A stretch of DNA of 64,000 bases from contig JAKAEP010000004.1 of assembly GCA_021818265.1 (NCBI GenBank), positions 4,108 to 68,107 on the forward strand. The letters run 5' to 3'. This DNA comes from Actinomycetes bacterium. Its GTDB lineage: Bacteria; Actinomycetota; Acidimicrobiia; Acidimicrobiales; RAAP-2. Below, in pieces: positions 59,260-64,000 of the stretch; the first letter of the stretch is position 1; each line of letters starts with the position of its first letter. The position numbers and the translations under genes are program-made. The notes under the pieces were generated by a model that worked only from the letters and a program-made list of their open reading frames with translations, ran no database searches and was not told where the DNA came from.

Positions 59260-59766
59260 GTGAGCCTGCTGCCGATCCGCGTCTTCCCCGACCCGGTCCT
59301 CACCACCCCCACGACCGAGGTCACCGAGATCGACGGCGCCCTGGCCTCGCTGTGCGACTCGATGATCGAGACGATGTACGACGCGCCGGGCGTGGGGCTC
59401 GCCGCGAACCAGATCGGGGTCGCCAAGCGCTTCTTCGTCTACGACGCGGGCGAGGGCCCGCGGGTCGTGATCAACCCGCGGATCGTCGAGACCTCGGGCG
59501 AGTGGGAGTACGACGAGGGCTGCCTCTCGGTGCCCGGGATGGGCTGGGCGATCACCCGGCCCGGGACGGTGCACCTGGTCGGGGTGGACCTCGAGGGCCG
59601 CGAGCTCGACTTAGTCGCCACCGAGCTCGAGGCCCGGATCTTCCTGCACGAGACCGACCACCTCGACGGGCGGCTCCTGCTCGACCGGCTGGACGAGGAC
59701 GAGCGCCGCGAGGCGCTGCGCGAGCTGCGCGGCCGGCGGCTGCGGCTCGGCCGGCGCGCCGACTAG
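59260..59766 (+). CDS. def: Peptide deformylase
   Basis: GVGLAANQIG, EGCLSVPG, HETDHLDG. Confidence 0.95.
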   Translation: MSLLPIRVFPDPVLTTPTTEVTEIDGALASLCDSMIETMYDAPGVGLAANQIGVAKRFFVYDAGEGPRVVINPRIVETSGEWEYDEGCLSVPGMGWAITRPGTVHLVGVDLEGRELDLVATELEARIFLHETDHLDGRLLLDRLDEDERREALRELRGRRLRLGRRAD

Positions 59767-60657
59767 ATGCGCCTCTGCTTCCTCGGCACGCCGCGCGCGG
59801 CGGTGCCGACCCTGGAGGGCCTCTGCGACGCCGGCCACGAGGTCGCCCTCGTCGTCACCCGGCCCGACCGCCGCCGGACCCGGGGCGGGCCGCCCGAGCC
59901 GAGCCCCGTGAAGCGGGTCGCCCTCGAGCGCGGCCTCAAGGTCACGAGCCGGCTCGCCGACGTGCTCGACGCCGGGGTCGAGCGCGGGGTCGTCGTCGCC
60001 TACGGCGCGCTCGTGCCGCCCGCGGTGCTCGCGGCGGTGCCCATGCTGAACGTCCACTTCTCCCTGCTGCCGCGCTGGCGCGGCGCCGCCCCGGTGGAGC
60101 GGGCCATCCTGGCGGGCGACGCGCGCACCGGGGTGACGATCATCACGCTCGAAGAGGCGCTCGACACCGGGCCGATCCACGCGTCGGCCGCGGTCGAGGT
60201 CGACGAGAAGGACGCCGCGACCCTCACCGAGGAGCTGGCCGTGCTCGGGGCCCGACTGCTCCTCGGGGTGCTCGCGGACCCCGCGGCGCTCGCGGGCGCG
60301 CGCCCCCAGGTGGGCGAGGCGACCTACGCGAGGAAGCTCACGAAGGCCGAGCGGGCCCTCGACCCCGCGACCGGGGCCGCCCGGGCCGCGCGGGTGGTGC
60401 GCCTGGGCGGCGCCCACCTCGTGTGCGCGGGCCAGCGGCTCATCGTCGAGCGCGTCGCGCGCAGCGGGGCGCGCGTCGCGGCGGGCACCGTCGCCCTCGT
60501 CGAGGGCCGGGTCGTCCTCGGCCTCGCCGACGGCGCGCTCGAGCTCCTCGAGGTCCGCCCGGCCGGCCGGGGCTCGATGGCGGCGTCGGCGTGGTGGCGC
60601 GGTCGACGCGCCGGTGCCCCGGCGACGTGGTCGAGCGGCGCGGACGGCCCCCTCTAG
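59767..60657 (+). CDS. fmt: Methionyl-tRNA formyltransferase
   Basis: NVHFSLLPRWRGAAPVERAI. It starts directly after the def stop. Confidence 0.9.
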   Translation: MRLCFLGTPRAAVPTLEGLCDAGHEVALVVTRPDRRRTRGGPPEPSPVKRVALERGLKVTSRLADVLDAGVERGVVVAYGALVPPAVLAAVPMLNVHFSLLPRWRGAAPVERAILAGDARTGVTIITLEEALDTGPIHASAAVEVDEKDAATLTEELAVLGARLLLGVLADPAALAGARPQVGEATYARKLTKAERALDPATGAARAARVVRLGGAHLVCAGQRLIVERVARSGARVAAGTVALVEGRVVLGLADGALELLEVRPAGRGSMAASAWWRGRRAGAPATWSSGADGPL

Positions 60658-60660
60658 GCT
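60655..60660 (+). promoter_or_regulatory. -10 hexamer TAGGCT (includes the fmt stop), 6 nt upstream of GTG 60667
   Basis: TAGGCT-gagcgc-GTG. Confidence 0.4.
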
Positions 60661-60666
60661 GAGCGC

Positions 60667-61353
60667 GTGAGCGCGCACCCCCCCGGTGAGGTCGGGGCGC
60701 TGCGCGTGGCGCCCTCGATCCTCTCGGCCGACTTCGGGCGCCTCGGCGCGTGCGTCGCCGAGGTCGACCCCGAGACCGACTGGCTGCACGTCGACGTGAT
60801 GGACGGCCACTTCGTGCCCAACGTGAGCCTGGGCCCGCCGGTCGTGGCCTCCCTGCGCCGCTACAGCGAGCGCTTCTTCGACTGCCACCTCATGATGGAT
60901 GAGCCCGGGCGCTACCTCGAGGCCTTCGCCCGCGCCGGCGCCGACGGCTGCACCGTGCACGTCGAGGTGGGCGGCACCGACGAGCTGATCGACCAGATGC
61001 GCGCCCTCGGCCTGCGCGTCGGGCTCGCCGCCAACCCCGACACGCCCTTTCGCGCCGTCGAGGCGTTCCTCGGGCGGATCGACCTGCTGCTGCTCATGAC
61101 CGTCTTCCCCGGCTTCGGGGGCCAGTCCTTCATGGGCGAGGTGATGGACAAGGTCGAGCGCGCGCGCGCCGCGATCGAGGCCGGCGGGCTCGCGGTCGAC
61201 CTCGAGGTCGACGGCGGGATCGACCCCGCGACGGCCCCCGTCGCCGTCGCCGCCGGGGCCAACGTGCTCGTCGCCGGCTCGGCGATCTTCGCCCGGTCCG
61301 ACCCCCTCGGGGCGGCCCGGGCGCTGCGCGCCGCCGCCGCGGCGGCGCGATGA
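60667..61353 (+). CDS. rpe: Ribulose-phosphate 3-epimerase
   Basis: PSILSADF, HVDVMDGHFVPN, and VDGGI. Confidence 0.93.
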   Translation: MSAHPPGEVGALRVAPSILSADFGRLGACVAEVDPETDWLHVDVMDGHFVPNVSLGPPVVASLRRYSERFFDCHLMMDEPGRYLEAFARAGADGCTVHVEVGGTDELIDQMRALGLRVGLAANPDTPFRAVEAFLGRIDLLLLMTVFPGFGGQSFMGEVMDKVERARAAIEAGGLAVDLEVDGGIDPATAPVAVAAGANVLVAGSAIFARSDPLGAARALRAAAAAAR

Positions 61354-62330
61354 TCGACCTCGAGGGGGCGATGGCCGCGGCCCGGGCCGCGGCCGCCACC
61401 GCCCGCCTCGACGCGCCGCCGAACCCCTGGGTGGGGGCGGTCGTGCTCGACGACCTCGGCGAGGTGCTCGCCACCGGGGCGACCGCCGCCCCGGGCGGCC
61501 CCCACGCCGAGGTGGCGGCCCTGCGGGCGGCCGGCGCGCGCGCGCGCGGCGCCACGCTCGTGGTGACCCTCGAGCCGTGCGCCCACACCGGGCGCACGCC
61601 GCCCTGCGTGGAGGCGATCGAGGCGGCCGGGGTCGCCCGGGTCGTCGTCGGGGTCACCGACCCCGACCCCCGCGTGGCCGGCCGGGGCCTCGCGCACCTG
61701 CGCGCGGCCGGGGTCGAGGTCGTCGAGGGCGTCGGCGCGCCCGCCGTCGCCGACCAGCTGGCCGCGTACCTGACCCACCGGCGCACGGGCCGGCCCTACG
61801 TGGTGGGCAAGGTGGCCGCCACCCTGGACGGCATGGTCGCCGTCGCCGACGGGACCAGCCAGTGGATCACCGGCGAGGCGGCCCGCGCCGACGCCCACCG
61901 CCTGCGCGCCGAGAGCCAGGCGATCCTCGTGGGGGCGGGCACGGTGCGCGCCGACGACCCCCGGCTCACCGCCCGGCTGGGGGAGCGCACCTACGAGCCC
62001 CTGCGGGTGGTGCTCGGGGCGGCCCCGGCCGCGGCCCGGGTCCGCCCCTGCCTGGAGCGCTCCGGTGAGCTCGGCCCGATCCTCGACGAGCTGGGCGCCC
62101 TCGACGTGCTCCAGCTGCTCGTCGAGGGCGGCCCGCGCACCTTGAGCGCGTTCGTCGAGGCCGGCCTGGTCGACCGGCTCGCGTGGTACGTGGCGCCGGC
62201 CCTCGCGGGCCCGGCGGGCCTCCCGGCCCTGGTCGGGCTGGCCACCCCTACGATGGAGTCCCTGAGGCGCGGCCGCCTGGTCGCCGTGACGCGCCTGGGT
62301 GAGGACGTACGGCTCGACGTGGAGGTCTGA
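61350..62330 (+). CDS. ribD: Bifunctional riboflavin biosynthesis deaminase/reductase
   Basis: HAEVAAL and TLEPCAHTGRTPPC zinc motifs, with a reductase C-terminal half. There is an ATGA overlap with rpe. Confidence 0.9.
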   Translation: MIDLEGAMAAARAAAATARLDAPPNPWVGAVVLDDLGEVLATGATAAPGGPHAEVAALRAAGARARGATLVVTLEPCAHTGRTPPCVEAIEAAGVARVVVGVTDPDPRVAGRGLAHLRAAGVEVVEGVGAPAVADQLAAYLTHRRTGRPYVVGKVAATLDGMVAVADGTSQWITGEAARADAHRLRAESQAILVGAGTVRADDPRLTARLGERTYEPLRVVLGAAPAAARVRPCLERSGELGPILDELGALDVLQLLVEGGPRTLSAFVEAGLVDRLAWYVAPALAGPAGLPALVGLATPTMESLRRGRLVAVTRLGEDVRLDVEV

Positions 62331-63550
62331 TGGCGCTGGCGACGATCGACGAGGCGATAGCCCAGATCCGCGCGGGCGGGATCGTGGTGGTGGTCGACGA
62401 CGAGGACCGCGAGAACGAGGGCGACCTGGTGATGGCGGCCGAGGACGTCACCGCGGAGTCGATGGCCTTCTTCCTCGAGCACACCTCGGGGGTGATCTGC
62501 GCGCCGCTCGAGAGCGAGCGGGCCGACGAGCTCGACCTGCCGCTCATGGTGAGCGCGAACACCGAGAGCCAGCGCACCGCCTTCACCGTCTCGGTCGACT
62601 ACCGCCACGGCACCACGACCGGCATCTCGGTCCACGACCGGGCGGCGACGGTGCGCGCCCTCGTGGACCCGGCGACGCGCTCGACCGACCTGAACCGGCC
62701 CGGCCACGTCTTCCCCCTGCGCTACCGCGAGGGCGGGGTCCTGAAGCGGGCCGGCCACACCGAGGCCACCGTCGACCTGTGCCGGCTGGCGGGCAAGGCG
62801 CCGGTGGGGGTGCTGTGCGAGGTGGTGACCCCCGACAAGTCCGACATGGCCCGCCTGCCCGACCTCGAGGCCTTCGCCGAGCGCCACGGGCTGCCGCTCG
62901 TCACGATCGCCGACCTCATCCGCTACCGGCGCCGCCACGAGAAGCTCGTGCGCCGGGTCGCCGAGGCGAGCCTGCCGACCGAGTGGGGCACCTTCAGCGC
63001 CCAGGTCTACGAGAGCGTGCTCGACCACGAGCAGCACATGGCCCTCGTCTACGGGGACCTCGCGAGCCGGCCCGATCCGCTGGTGCGGGTCCACTCCGAG
63101 TGCCTGACCGGCGACGCGCTGGGCTCGCTGCGCTGCGACTGCGGCCCCCAGCTGCACACCGCGCTCGCCAAGATCGCGGCCGAGGGGGCCGGGGTGGTGG
63201 TCTACCTGCGCGGCCACGAGGGCCGCGGGATCGGCCTCGGCCACAAGATCCGCGCCTACGCCCTCCAAGAGGAGGGACTCGACACCGTCGACGCCAACCT
63301 CGACCAGGGCCTGCCCGTCGACTCGCGCGAGTACGGGATCGGCGCCCAGATCCTCGAGGACCTGGGGGTGCGCGCCATGCGGCTCATGACCAACAACCCC
63401 GCGAAGTACGGCGGCCTCGAGGGGTTCGGCCTGCGCATCGTCGAGCGCGTCGCGCTCGAGAGCCAGCCGACGCCCTTCAACATCGACTACCTGCGCACCA
63501 AGCGCGAGCGGCTCGGACACCTCCTCGAGGGGCTCGATGAGCTCGAGTGA
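62330..63550 (+). CDS. ribBA: Bifunctional DHBP synthase / GTP cyclohydrolase II
   Basis: VVVDDEDRENEGDL, HTEATVDL, and HSECLTGDALGSLRCDCG. Confidence 0.95.
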   Translation: MALATIDEAIAQIRAGGIVVVVDDEDRENEGDLVMAAEDVTAESMAFFLEHTSGVICAPLESERADELDLPLMVSANTESQRTAFTVSVDYRHGTTTGISVHDRAATVRALVDPATRSTDLNRPGHVFPLRYREGGVLKRAGHTEATVDLCRLAGKAPVGVLCEVVTPDKSDMARLPDLEAFAERHGLPLVTIADLIRYRRRHEKLVRRVAEASLPTEWGTFSAQVYESVLDHEQHMALVYGDLASRPDPLVRVHSECLTGDALGSLRCDCGPQLHTALAKIAAEGAGVVVYLRGHEGRGIGLGHKIRAYALQEEGLDTVDANLDQGLPVDSREYGIGAQILEDLGVRAMRLMTNNPAKYGGLEGFGLRIVERVALESQPTPFNIDYLRTKRERLGHLLEGLDELE

Positions 63551-64000
63551 CAAGACCCTCCTCGACCCCGCGGCCCAGGCCCGCCTCGCCGGGCGGGTGG
63601 GCCGGCACCTCGACCCGGCCCCCGAGGGCCGGGGCCGCCGGGTGGCGGTCGCCTGCGCCCGCTTCAACGGCGGGGTCACGACGCGCCTGCTCGAGGGCGC
63701 CCTCGAGGCGCTGGCCGAGCGCGGCGTCGAGCCCCACGACGTGACCGTTGCCTGGGTGCCGGGCGCCTTCGAGCTGCCCCTGGCCGCTCGCGCGCTGGCG
63801 GCCGGCGGGCCCGACGCGGTGATCGCCCTGGGCGCGGTGATCCGCGGGGACACCGGACACTACGACTTCGTGGCCGGCGAGTGCGCGCGGGGCCTGCAGG
63901 ACGTGGCGCTCTCGACCGGGGTGCCCGTCGTCTTCGGGGTCCTCACCACCGACACGGTCGATCAGGCGCTCGAGCGCTCGCGCGCCGACGGGTCCAACAA
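63537..64000 (+). CDS. ribH: 6,7-Dimethyl-8-ribityllumazine synthase (3' end outside window)
   Basis: This is my own translation, since the open frame is not in the track: RVAVACARFNGGVTTRLLEGALEAL...VAWVPGAFELPLAA...VIALGAVIRGDTGHYDFV. ATG 63537 overlaps the end of ribBA by 14 nt. The exact start is uncertain. Confidence 0.85.
   Translation, partial: MSSSDKTLLDPAAQARLAGRVGRHLDPAPEGRGRRVAVACARFNGGVTTRLLEGALEALAERGVEPHDVTVAWVPGAFELPLAARALAAGGPDAVIALGAVIRGDTGHYDFVAGECARGLQDVALSTGVPVVFGVLTTDTVDQALERSRADGSN

Overview
This is a very GC-rich and extremely compact chromosomal segment. Most neighbouring genes abut or overlap by 1-10 nt. Gene content and order match a high-GC Gram-positive (Actinomycetota-type) core genome.

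Gene order on the + axis:
- A DivIVA-domain gene, a Lys/Ala-repeat DksA/TraR-zinc-finger gene, lspA, rluD, a group-2-like sigma factor, an Rrf2 regulator, bpa and dnaE.
- A small secreted/hypothetical block with a GNAT / DUF255-thioredoxin operon.
- A CUT2-like sugar ABC transporter.
- A menaquinone block (menE, menB, menA, menH, menD) plus ccdA, then tyrS.
- A cysteine-rich protein gene and an Nfu-like protein gene, then aroC-aroK-aroB-aroQ-efp-nusB.
- A ~10.4 kb heme-copper oxidase island (34466-44856).
- pyrR-pyrB-pyrC-carA-carB-pyrD-pyrF-mihF-gmk-rpoZ-coaBC-metK-priA-def-fmt-rpe-ribD-ribBA-ribH, with ribH running off the 3' edge.

I saw no rRNA, tRNA, CRISPR array, transposase/integrase or recognisable defence gene.

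The best candidate for something undescribed is the oxidase island. ctaC-ctaD-ctaE are contiguous and are accompanied by:
- an extra membrane-anchored cupredoxin with a degenerate CuA-like site;
- an untracked 36-codon transmembrane ORF;
- a two-helix N-terminal extension on CtaD;
- every copper-maturation component in two copies, one canonical and one divergent: two SCO proteins, two CtaG-like proteins and two paralogous 2-TM proteins sharing the motif [10 protein letters not shown].

Other sequence-level observations:
- a recurrent TANNNT-N6/7-start-codon architecture (leaderless genes) at 13 operon heads;
- five convergent gene pairs sharing a 4-nt CTAG double stop;
- a histone-like KA-repeat fused to a DksA/TraR zinc finger, with an 87-bp tandem duplication;
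- a PriA lacking Walker A and DExH motifs.

All functional calls come from motif recognition by eye. No database search was run.
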